From contig NZ_CP042905.2 of NCBI RefSeq assembly GCF_008000775.2, positions 1,890,001 through 1,922,000 of the forward strand: a stretch of DNA of 32,000 bases, read 5' to 3'. The position numbers and the translations under genes were made by a program. The notes beneath the pieces are model-generated. The model was given only the letters and a program-made list of their open reading frames with translations. It was not told the DNA's origin and did no database searches. Shown here piece after piece: positions 17,276 through 25,090 of this stretch. This DNA comes from Promethearchaeum syntrophicum (GTDB taxonomy: Archaea; Asgardarchaeota; Lokiarchaeia; Sigyniarchaeales; Promethearchaeaceae). Numbering within the stretch: position 1 is the stretch's first letter; each line of letters opens with the position of its first letter.

Positions 17276-18367
17276 TTAGGTTATCGTAATATAACCTTTA
17301 TCTTTAAATTCTTCAAGAATATCTGGAACTAAATTATAATCAAATTCCAAAGTTCGTTCATAAGCTCTTTTTTCTAAATGATTAATTATTCCTGCCATAG
17401 AAACAACAGTTTCGCCCCTGATTATTTGGAGAACGTGTTTTTTAATGTCAGTATCTTGGTTTTCTGCCGTCCGCACATGGATTGCTGAATTATAGAAGTA
17501 TAAATGATCGATTTTTGGTTTTTCTGCTTTAGCTTCTGCTTTGGTTTCAGATTTGGCTTCTGGTTCTTTCCACAAATCTTTTCTTAAGTGCATAACTTCT
17601 ATCCACCGAAAAGAAAACAGGTTTTCTTGGTCTGGATATTTTTTTTTCATTATTTTCTGAAAGTTTTTGTCATCGGTATTCATGCTCTCAAATTCATCTG
17701 TAAATTTCAGAATATAATCAATTGTATTTTTGGCATATATCAAGCTTAATTTTGAATCTTTTTCTCTTAACGAGTCTAAAACTTCTTGAAAAGCTTCAGA
17801 ACTACTATCACCAAATGGTTTTTGAACACTAATTTTATATAAAACATTAAAAATAGAGTAATTCTTTAATTTTTCACTTTGTTTATCATTAAATTCAAGA
17901 TAACTTGGTGGATTCATTATTATACACGTTTCAGGCATTTTTGGAAAAAACCATGCAAGTGCATTAAAAAGTACCCCAAATCTTTCTGAATCTAAATCAT
18001 CTTCGATAAAAAGAATTGGACTCTCAACAAAACAAGATAATAATAATGATCGAAAATCTCGTTCATTAATGAAATTTAAAAGATTTTTTAAAGAAATATC
18101 AAAAGTTTCTTTTTTCTTAAGTAGAAAATTGAGTTTTGATTTAATTTTTAATGCTTCTGCTTTTAACGAGTATTCTAATACTAAATAATCTCTAACTTTA
18201 AAGTTCTTATCGATATATGCGTAAAATTCATGAGGGCAGACGAGATCTCGCGGAATGTAAACAGATGTTGCACCAGAATCCTTTTCTGTAATAACAGCTG
18301 TAGGTACAGGGATTCTTCCTGATTTTGAACAAACTGGACAAACGACCATTATTCTTTTTTCGCTCAT
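17276..18367 (-). CDS. Zn-ribbon protein with central DENN/folliculin-like alpha/beta core (tentative) and C-terminal winged-helix-like domain
   Basis: IMVVCPVC-x30-CPH at the N-terminus. Residues 105-157 read FRSLLLSCFVESPILFIEDDLDSERFGVLFNALAWFFPKMPETCIIMNPPSYL. The C-terminus reads HVLQIIRGETVVSMAGIINHLEK...FKDKGYITIT. Domain calls are by eye only. Confidence 0.5.
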   Translation of the reverse strand: MSEKRIMVVCPVCSKSGRIPVPTAVITEKDSGATSVYIPRDLVCPHEFYAYIDKNFKVRDYLVLEYSLKAEALKIKSKLNFLLKKKETFDISLKNLLNFINERDFRSLLLSCFVESPILFIEDDLDSERFGVLFNALAWFFPKMPETCIIMNPPSYLEFNDKQSEKLKNYSIFNVLYKISVQKPFGDSSSEAFQEVLDSLREKDSKLSLIYAKNTIDYILKFTDEFESMNTDDKNFQKIMKKKYPDQENLFSFRWIEVMHLRKDLWKEPEAKSETKAEAKAEKPKIDHLYFYNSAIHVRTAENQDTDIKKHVLQIIRGETVVSMAGIINHLEKRAYERTLEFDYNLVPDILEEFKDKGYITIT

Positions 18368-18504
18368 AGCTTATCGCTTTTTTTGTATCTATATTAAATT
18401 GGGAAAAGATGTTATATTTAAAATTGATCTAACTAACGAATGATCTGTTTAATATCTAAGTATTACATATTTCAGAAAATACAGAAAAGTAAAAAAAAAT
18501 AGAT

Positions 18505-19923
18505 TTAATTAAAGCTTGCGTTTGCATGTTGTTCTTTGAGATATTCAACAATTCCATCTTGAACTTTTTTAAATTCTTCGAGAACTCCTGTAAAAGGTTT
18601 TTGAGTAACATCTTCAAGCCAGCCATTAAGTTTTTTGAGAATTCTTTCTTGTAAATCCAGATTTCCTTCAATTAAAAGAGAAATATAATAATTTCCTAAT
18701 TTGGAGAATAAAATAAAGCGATAATGTTGAAAACCGAGCTTAACTGAAATCCAATTTGGCATCATTTGAGTATTTGCAACAGTATTTGCTGCCATTGCTT
18801 CAACTTTCGCCGTAATTAATGCTTCTGCCATTTCTTGTTGATTAAAATCGGAACTACTATCATTATCCGGATCAATGGGTGGTAATCCTTCGATTTCCAA
18901 TTCGTTAGTAATTATTTTTGATATTACCCCGATCGATTGATAACTTAAGCCAAAATAATCTACTCTTAGAAAATTGTCTAAAGATTTTAATTTTCGTTCT
19001 GTAAATACATCTTGGAGTTTAATATATTCATTTAAAATGAATTTAACACGTGATGGGAAATTTTGCTTTACGTTATATAAATCGAGTTTTGATAAATTTT
19101 TAACATCTTTTCCTCTCAGAATTTCTTTAATAAGCGTTTTCATATTGTTTAATAACCAAGCGGCTTTCATATCAGGAAAATTACCATAAATGACATATAA
19201 AAAATCCCTATCACTTAAGAAATAGCAAATCTCTTCATACCCTCCATTATCAAGGGGAGATAGCATCATCCGATCAAGTTCACCACTTAATATTGAAGTA
19301 GCAATATAGTCCAGGTTCGATCCTAATTCAAGGAAATATTTGAGTTTCTCATTAGAATAATATATTTCTGTTCTTTCCTTGGTGATTATACCCATAAATT
19401 TTAGATATTCATCTTTTTTTCCCAGTTCAATTTTAGTATTAGATAAATTGATTTCTTTTCGTTCTTTCAACTTTACTTTAATTCTCGTATCAGAATCTGA
19501 AGCTGAATCTTTGGAAATATGCATATCTGTAACCTCGTTATCTTCGGCTAATTTTTCGATTTTTTCCGAGATAACAATATCGGGATTAGATTGAATTTTT
19601 AGATTTTTAGAAAAATCATCAGGATTTAACTCAATTTTTCCTTTATCTGATTGATCAAGCGTTTTAAAAATGGGTTTATTCTCAAAAACCTTTTTCTCTT
19701 CTTCTTTTCGTTTTAATTGCCCTTTAATGATTTCACCATTAAAGATCTTGTTCTCAACATTCTCTGATTTTTCTCTATTTAGCATTCTTCTAGTTTTTTT
19801 CTTTGGAACTTCGACACCTGGAATTCTTTCATTACATTTTGGACAATTTACTGGGAAAGGCGCAACTAAAAGATATCCACATTGAGAGCATTTTTTTTTT
19901 TCCAAAGAATCATTAAAGAACAT
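18505..19923 (-). CDS. Zn-ribbon protein with K/E-rich linker and two longin/roadblock-like modules (tentative)
   Basis: CSQC-x11-CPKC at the N-terminus. Later segments GGYEEICYFLSDRDFLYVIYGNFPDMKAAWLLNNMKTLIKEIL and HYRFILFSKLGNYYISLLIEGNLDLQERILKKLNGWL look longin/roadblock-like by eye. Confidence 0.5.
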   Translation of the reverse strand: MFFNDSLEKKKCSQCGYLLVAPFPVNCPKCNERIPGVEVPKKKTRRMLNREKSENVENKIFNGEIIKGQLKRKEEEKKVFENKPIFKTLDQSDKGKIELNPDDFSKNLKIQSNPDIVISEKIEKLAEDNEVTDMHISKDSASDSDTRIKVKLKERKEINLSNTKIELGKKDEYLKFMGIITKERTEIYYSNEKLKYFLELGSNLDYIATSILSGELDRMMLSPLDNGGYEEICYFLSDRDFLYVIYGNFPDMKAAWLLNNMKTLIKEILRGKDVKNLSKLDLYNVKQNFPSRVKFILNEYIKLQDVFTERKLKSLDNFLRVDYFGLSYQSIGVISKIITNELEIEGLPPIDPDNDSSSDFNQQEMAEALITAKVEAMAANTVANTQMMPNWISVKLGFQHYRFILFSKLGNYYISLLIEGNLDLQERILKKLNGWLEDVTQKPFTGVLEEFKKVQDGIVEYLKEQHANASFN

Positions 19924-20035
19924 TTTCGTTTATCATTTTTACTAGAGTTATTTTCGTTAATTAATGTTTGTTAACTAGTCATTCATCTAAATTTTCATTC
20001 CTTATTGAGGTTATACTATTATAAAAAATAGCAAA

Positions 20036-21361
20036 TCAATCTTGATTTAGAATTTCTTTCATATGATTTATTCGTCTGTCTAATACTTTTTGTGATCCAA
20101 TATCAGTTCTGTGGAAAAGAGCTCCTTGAATAAAAGAAGTTCCCTTTTCTGCAATTTTTTCTGCTTCGTCAAGGGTGTCTGCAATTCCAAGTACTGCTAT
20201 CGCTCTAGATGTAGATGTAAATATTTTTCCTTCTTCCTCACTCACTGATGCAAAATATAAATTTGCTCCTAATTTTTTTATCTCTGTTTCATTGATTTTT
20301 ATTTCAGAATGTGCAATTGGTTTAACTGGATATCCTTCTGGAACCAAATATTTACACACAGTGGCTTTTTTCTCGAATTCTAAAGGACTTCTTAAATTTC
20401 CATCTAAGATTTGTTGGCAAACTGTTACAAAATTACTCTTCATTATTGGTAAAACGTTCATTGCTTCTGGATCCCCAAATCTTATATTAAATTCAACAAT
20501 TTTCAGCCCCTTCTTTGTCTTCATGAATTGTCCATACAGAAAACCCTTAAACTGAGTTCCTGTTTCTTCAGCTACAGCATCTATAACTTGTTTCATTTGA
20601 TTATTTGCATATTTTATATCTTCACTTGAAATAAATGGCAATAAATGATTTTGCATAGAATATGAACCCATTCCGCCTGTATTCGGGCCTTTATCTCCAT
20701 TGAATGCGCGTTTATTATCTTGAACGATAGGTGTTCCGACTACATTGATTCCATCAACAAAACATATATATGTAAATTCTTCCCCGTTAAGTTTTTCCTC
20801 AATGATAATTCGTCCGTTATTATTTAAGATTTCCTTACAATAATCCATTATATCTTGCTCGCTTTGTAAGTGGTCTCCCCAAACTTTTACCCCTTTTCCA
20901 CCAGTTAATCCATCAGGTTTAATTACTACGTTTTTCATACCAATTTCGTTAATAAATTCTGGGATCCCAGTAATTTCGGAGAAATTTTTAAAAATTATGT
21001 TCGATTCAATCTTATATTTCTGTAATAGAGATCTGGTAAAAATCTTCGAACTTTCAAGTTGTGCACATTCAATTGTAGGTCCAACTGTAGGAATATCGTG
21101 AGCTTGGAGTGCATTTGTTAGTCCCATTGCCAAAGGTGCTTCTGGTCCTGCTACTGCAAAATTAACTTCGTTTTTTTTCCCAAAATTTGCTATATCTTGA
21201 AAATTATCTAAATTTCCAATTTTTACATTATGATTACAGAGTTTGGCAATTCCAGGGTTCATCTTAGCCATATAGGCAGTTAAAGTTGCTCCACCTCTTA
21301 CAAGAGCTTCTCCTAATGCATGTTCTCTTGCGCCGTTTCCAATTAGCAAAACATTTACCAT
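20036..21361 (-). CDS. purD: Phosphoribosylamine--glycine ligase (GAR synthetase)
   Basis: MVNVLLIGNGAREHALGEAL N-terminus, an ATP-grasp core (VVIKPDGLTGGKGV, EEKLNGEEF), and the C-terminal GPNTGGMGSY ... FNIRFGDPE motifs. The ORF track starts at TTG 21376; ATG 21361 gives the canonical N-terminus. Confidence 0.93.
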   Translation of the reverse strand: MVNVLLIGNGAREHALGEALVRGGATLTAYMAKMNPGIAKLCNHNVKIGNLDNFQDIANFGKKNEVNFAVAGPEAPLAMGLTNALQAHDIPTVGPTIECAQLESSKIFTRSLLQKYKIESNIIFKNFSEITGIPEFINEIGMKNVVIKPDGLTGGKGVKVWGDHLQSEQDIMDYCKEILNNNGRIIIEEKLNGEEFTYICFVDGINVVGTPIVQDNKRAFNGDKGPNTGGMGSYSMQNHLLPFISSEDIKYANNQMKQVIDAVAEETGTQFKGFLYGQFMKTKKGLKIVEFNIRFGDPEAMNVLPIMKSNFVTVCQQILDGNLRSPLEFEKKATVCKYLVPEGYPVKPIAHSEIKINETEIKKLGANLYFASVSEEEGKIFTSTSRAIAVLGIADTLDEAEKIAEKGTSFIQGALFHRTDIGSQKVLDRRINHMKEILNQD

Positions 21362-21433
21362 AGTTCTAATCAACAAATAAAATAAGGTTTGAATTTTTAA
21401 AAACTTGAAATGTTATATGTTTAATAATTAAAT

Positions 21434-22303
21434 GTGGTTGAACTAATTTTTTCTGGAATTTTTGATATGGTTAAAACATTTGAATGTGGCCAAATATTTC
21501 GATTTGAAACTATAGATTTTGGAAAAACTTATTTTGGGGCATTACACGATAGAATAATTAAAATTACTCAGAAAGATCCACACACTTTGATATTTTCATC
21601 TAATATAAATTCAAACTTAGAGAAACTTTTAAAAATATTTTTTCGAACACATGACAATTATTTAGACATGCAAAAATCTATAAAAATCGATAATCTTATG
21701 AAAAAAGTAGTGGATTTTTCAAATGGGCTTCATCTATTAAACCAAGATAATTTTGAATGTTCTATTTCATATATTTTATCACAATGTTCAAATATTCCAA
21801 GAATTAAAAGAAATTTGAAAGATCTCGGAAAATTGTATGGAAAACAAGTTATGTTTGAAGATAAAGAGTTTTTTCTATTTCCTACGCGTTCTGATTTAAT
21901 AACCGTCACTGAAGAAGAATTTCGGGATTTAGGATTTGGGTATCGTGCAAAATATTTACGAAATTTCATAAAAAATTATCCCTCTTTTTTTAATGAACCA
22001 GTTTTAGATTCAGAAATTTTTAACCAAAAACTACAAAATATTGAAGGTATTGGTCAAAAAGTAGCTGATTGTATTCAATTATTTGCTTATGGTGATATTT
22101 CTCATTTTCCGGTTGATACTTGGATGGAGAAATTTATGATTAAGTTTTATAATAATGGAGAAAAGATCTCAAAGAAAAAAATTAGGGAATTAGGTGGTAC
22201 CTTATTTGGTAAATGGGCCGGCTATGCTCAAGAATTTATATTCTACTATGCTCGTAATCACCCGCAATTTTTTCCTTCTAAAAAAAAAAAAAAAAAAATT
22301 TGA
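21434..22303 (+). CDS. ogg: 8-oxoguanine DNA glycosylase/AP lyase, OGG1 family (HhH-GPD)
   Basis: N-terminal FECGQIFRF (OGG1 A-domain motif). HhH-GPD IEGIGQKVADCIQLFAYGD carries the catalytic-type Lys, and FPVDTWM carries the Asp. The start is uncertain (GTG 21434 or ATG 21467). The protein ends in a KKKKKKI tail. Confidence 0.85.
   Translation: MVELIFSGIFDMVKTFECGQIFRFETIDFGKTYFGALHDRIIKITQKDPHTLIFSSNINSNLEKLLKIFFRTHDNYLDMQKSIKIDNLMKKVVDFSNGLHLLNQDNFECSISYILSQCSNIPRIKRNLKDLGKLYGKQVMFEDKEFFLFPTRSDLITVTEEEFRDLGFGYRAKYLRNFIKNYPSFFNEPVLDSEIFNQKLQNIEGIGQKVADCIQLFAYGDISHFPVDTWMEKFMIKFYNNGEKISKKKIRELGGTLFGKWAGYAQEFIFYYARNHPQFFPSKKKKKKI
22280..22298. repeat. A19 homopolymer inside the last codons of ogg
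   Basis: Counted directly: tct aaa aaa aaa aaa aaa aaa att tga. Confidence 0.95.
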
Positions 22304-22345
22304 AGATGGATGAAATTATAAATTCATAAAAAATCAAATTAAATC

Positions 22346-23422
22346 ATGCCATTCTTCGGTCATTTTGTCATTGCTATGTGTATTATTATCCCCATTTACT
22401 ATTTTAATAAGGAAAAATTCAATTATAAGATCGCCGTGATATTTGTTTTAAATAATTGGATCGGTCCAGATACCGCTCAAGCTTATTTTTTTTTACCTAT
22501 AGATTTTCATTATCTTATTCCCTATCTTTTTTGGGCTCTTCCCATGGCTTTTTTCTATTCTTATATCTCTAGATTTTCCATCAAATTTGAAAATCATAAA
22601 TTTCAAATTATTGATGATAAACAAAAAGTTTTGAATTGGCGTAATGCGTACCTATTAATGATATCAGGTGGAATTTTGCACACGGTATCAGATACAATAT
22701 TCAGATCTAATCTAAAGTTTAAATTCATTGAAAATATTTTTGAGCCAAGATTACCCGAGATTCAAAATTATGGAATGGGGTTTGGTCTTGATTTTGGAGC
22801 AGTTCATTTATTGGGATATTTATTTCTAATTTTTATCTCCTTTCTCATATTTTTCTTCTTTAATCGAAATTTAAAGGATATGATTCTTTTTTACACTAGC
22901 TATATTATCATTGTTCTAGTTTCTATCCTTCTTCTGGGGGATGATTTAGCTGGTGAAGAATTTGATATAGGAGTAATATTTTTCGCATTGATTTTTATTT
23001 TCATCCCGCTATTTTTGCTATTTTATGTAGCCAATAGCGTGTTTAAACAAGATCCTGAAAGCTTGAAAACGAAAATTTTATCTGAAAAGCAGATTAAAAG
23101 AGGATTATTACTCGTATCAATATTCACTTTACTTATATCAGGGGTTCTTCTTATATGGGGAATTTTCTGTTTTACAAGTCCAGAAATTTTTGAAGAATTT
23201 TTCAAAATAAATGAAAATGGAGTTATATTTCTAGGAATTTTTGTCTTGATACTGACGATTTGCGCTCTATATGGAGGAATAGGGTTGCTCCTTAAACAGA
23301 AATCCGCTCGAATAATGACAGCATTAATGATGTCATTTTTATTGGTGTTTATATATCCTTTATTTGCAGTTTTCTATCTATACCAAGATGATGTGAAATC
23401 TTTTTATGAAAAAAATATTTAG
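22346..23422 (+). CDS. Polytopic membrane protein; the N-terminal part is possibly a DUF457/YdjM-like membrane-bound metal-dependent hydrolase
   Basis: MPFFGHFVIAM opening and GGILHTVSDTIF (H...D) resemble the YdjM family. The C-terminal half adds further TM segments. Weak, by-eye call. Confidence 0.4.
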   Translation: MPFFGHFVIAMCIIIPIYYFNKEKFNYKIAVIFVLNNWIGPDTAQAYFFLPIDFHYLIPYLFWALPMAFFYSYISRFSIKFENHKFQIIDDKQKVLNWRNAYLLMISGGILHTVSDTIFRSNLKFKFIENIFEPRLPEIQNYGMGFGLDFGAVHLLGYLFLIFISFLIFFFFNRNLKDMILFYTSYIIIVLVSILLLGDDLAGEEFDIGVIFFALIFIFIPLFLLFYVANSVFKQDPESLKTKILSEKQIKRGLLLVSIFTLLISGVLLIWGIFCFTSPEIFEEFFKINENGVIFLGIFVLILTICALYGGIGLLLKQKSARIMTALMMSFLLVFIYPLFAVFYLYQDDVKSFYEKNI

Positions 23423-23425
23423 GCT

Positions 23426-24640
23426 TTAACTTGCAACTTGTAACAACCACATGATAAATTTCCAGAATCTATTAATTCGGTTACCAGTTCTTAGCTTCTT
23501 AAAAATCATCCATTCAAAAATTCCGATGAGTTTATAAGAAGTATTAACTGTTTTATAGATTTTAGATTTTTTAAATTGTTTAGTTAGATATTTTCGATTT
23601 TCCAAGCTCCAGTCATATTGATTATCGATGAGTGATTCGGAGATCAAATCTACCCAAAATTGTGCCATTTTCATTCCGAAGTATAATCCCGATGATCCAT
23701 TTGCATCAATAAATCCGGCACTATCCCCTATAAGGATTGCACCTCCATTTCCTAAGATAAAATTTTTCACTAGTCCAGCATTAGGCATTTGCGTCAATTT
23801 TTCATATTCAATTTTAATACCTTCAAAAAATTCATTGAATCCGGGATAACTTGATTTTAAATTTTCCCATACCGCCATGATTTCTTCTTCATTTGGGATC
23901 TTTACTGATTTCATATTAAAAGCAGTGGTCATTCTAAGCATTAGACCGGCTTCAATTTTTTTTCCTCCAATTGGAAAGATATATGCGACAGAAGGAGGAA
24001 AATTTGGGGCATAATCAAGAACACCGTTATTAACAAAATAAAATTGAGGAGAAGAAACTTTATCAATATTAATATGAGCATTATTTCCCAAGAATTTGAC
24101 AATTGGACAATTAATTTTTGAGTAATCGACATTATAATAGGAACCGATGGTGCTGAGATGTCCATCACAGGCCAAAACTACATTTCCAAAGACATCTTGA
24201 ATTTTTCCTTTTGAATTTTGATATTTAACTCCTTTACATATGTTATCTTCTTCAATCGGTTGATGAACTTCACAATTGAATAAAAATGTTACTCCGTGAT
24301 TTTTAGCAATTTCAACCATATGTTCTATTAAGATGCGCCACTCAAAGAAATAGTAAGGAGTTCCCATGTCTATATTTCCAACTGGTTGTATGTCTCCGGG
24401 GCTATGGTAAACTCTATGTGATGGTTTAACTTCTGCTATGGACTGTAAATAACCTTTTCCTAAGATTTCATCTAATAAAGGATAGTACGCCATACTCTCT
24501 CCTCTAGGTTTTGGACCTGCAACCTCCCCTTTTTCTAATACTACAACAGAATGTCCGTTCTTTGCTGCAACTATTGCAGCTGTTAATCCCGCAGTACCCG
24601 CTCCAACAATGATAAAATTATAAAAATCTTCTTTTTTCAT
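23426..24640 (-). CDS. FAD-dependent oxidoreductase, geranylgeranyl-reductase family
   Basis: Rossmann FAD motif FIIVGAGTAGLTAAIVAAKNGHSVVVLEKG, plus VLACDGHLS (GADG..S-like) and IGDSAGFIDA motifs. I prefer ATG 24640 (MKKEDFYNF...) over the ORF-track start at 24724, which would leave only 15 bp to the divergent gene. Confidence 0.65.
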   Translation of the reverse strand: MKKEDFYNFIIVGAGTAGLTAAIVAAKNGHSVVVLEKGEVAGPKPRGESMAYYPLLDEILGKGYLQSIAEVKPSHRVYHSPGDIQPVGNIDMGTPYYFFEWRILIEHMVEIAKNHGVTFLFNCEVHQPIEEDNICKGVKYQNSKGKIQDVFGNVVLACDGHLSTIGSYYNVDYSKINCPIVKFLGNNAHINIDKVSSPQFYFVNNGVLDYAPNFPPSVAYIFPIGGKKIEAGLMLRMTTAFNMKSVKIPNEEEIMAVWENLKSSYPGFNEFFEGIKIEYEKLTQMPNAGLVKNFILGNGGAILIGDSAGFIDANGSSGLYFGMKMAQFWVDLISESLIDNQYDWSLENRKYLTKQFKKSKIYKTVNTSYKLIGIFEWMIFKKLRTGNRINRFWKFIMWLLQVAS

Positions 24641-24739
24641 GATATGTTCCCTTAAGTGAAATATCTGCTGAGATTTTAAAAGTTTTTTTGAAAATAACAA
24701 TTCTTTAAAACAATAATAACCCAATATATCATATAGAAA

Positions 24740-25072
24740 ATGGATGATTATGTAAAAATAGGAATTATTTTTGTTATTTTAGCGTTTGTTTTTCTGATGA
24801 CTTATCGGAAAACTAAATTAAAATATAAATTACTCTCTATTTATCTATTAGTTCTATTTATGGATTTAATGGTGGCAATGATTATTCCTTCTCCATATGA
24901 GTGGATTACATTTTTAATTTTTATCATTTTAATGTTTTTAATCCTCTTCAACAAGTTTACTTTAGATATTATCAACAATAATGTTGATCTGATCTATGCT
25001 GATAAAGAACCGCAAATCTGGGATGATTTCGATACGCCCCCTGAATTGAATATTCAAAATAATGGCAAATAA
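24740..25072 (+). CDS. Small membrane protein (110 aa, about 3 TM)
   Basis: ORF with hydrophobic segments, 18 bp upstream of the next membrane gene. Confidence 0.4.
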   Translation: MDDYVKIGIIFVILAFVFLMTYRKTKLKYKLLSIYLLVLFMDLMVAMIIPSPYEWITFLIFIILMFLILFNKFTLDIINNNVDLIYADKEPQIWDDFDTPPELNIQNNGK

Positions 25073-25090
25073 AAAAAAAGATGATGTAAA

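Noticed and set aside
17505-17560. Short periodic KSETKAEAKAEKPK-coding repeat inside the 363-aa Zn-ribbon protein gene
   Set aside because: This is a low-complexity charged linker typical of inter-domain regions, not a discrete repeat element.
18456-18671. 71-aa minus-strand ORF overlapping the 3' end of the 472-aa Zn-ribbon gene in another frame
   Set aside because: It is nested out of frame in a much longer ORF, has Lys/Leu-rich low complexity, and shows no independent start signal.
19314-19323. GGTTCGATCC, resembling a tRNA T-arm/T-loop
   Set aside because: It lies inside a long CDS. I could find no flanking acceptor or anticodon stems, and the local sequence is not GC-enriched like a tRNA in an AT-rich genome.
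1123-23849. Many 60-126-aa ORFs in the supplied track lie antisense to or nested inside larger genes. Examples: 1123..1314, 1901..2227, 2125..2319, 2516..2827, 3470..3697, 3971..4153, 4031..4246, 7088..7396, 7361..7543, 7863..8150, 8589..8891, 9225..9473, 10103..10336, 10420..10611, 10646..10864, 13192..13401, 13569..13757, 14039..14335, 14659..14937, 15484..15675, 16047..16250, 18974..19189, 19379..19594, 19670..19885, 20175..20555, 21730..21969, 23023..23205, 23628..23849, 23941..24168.
   Set aside because: They overlap ORFs with clear family motifs or much longer frames. Their sequences are low-complexity (F/I/L/S-rich), as expected for the reverse or shifted reading of K/E/N-rich AT-rich genes. 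No motifs were recognised.
24641-24724. 28-aa N-terminal extension of the geranylgeranyl-reductase-family ORF (MGYYCFKELLF...)
   Set aside because: The Rossmann fold normally begins within about 10 residues of the N-terminus. The longer start would leave only 15 bp of divergent spacer, so ATG 24640 is preferred.
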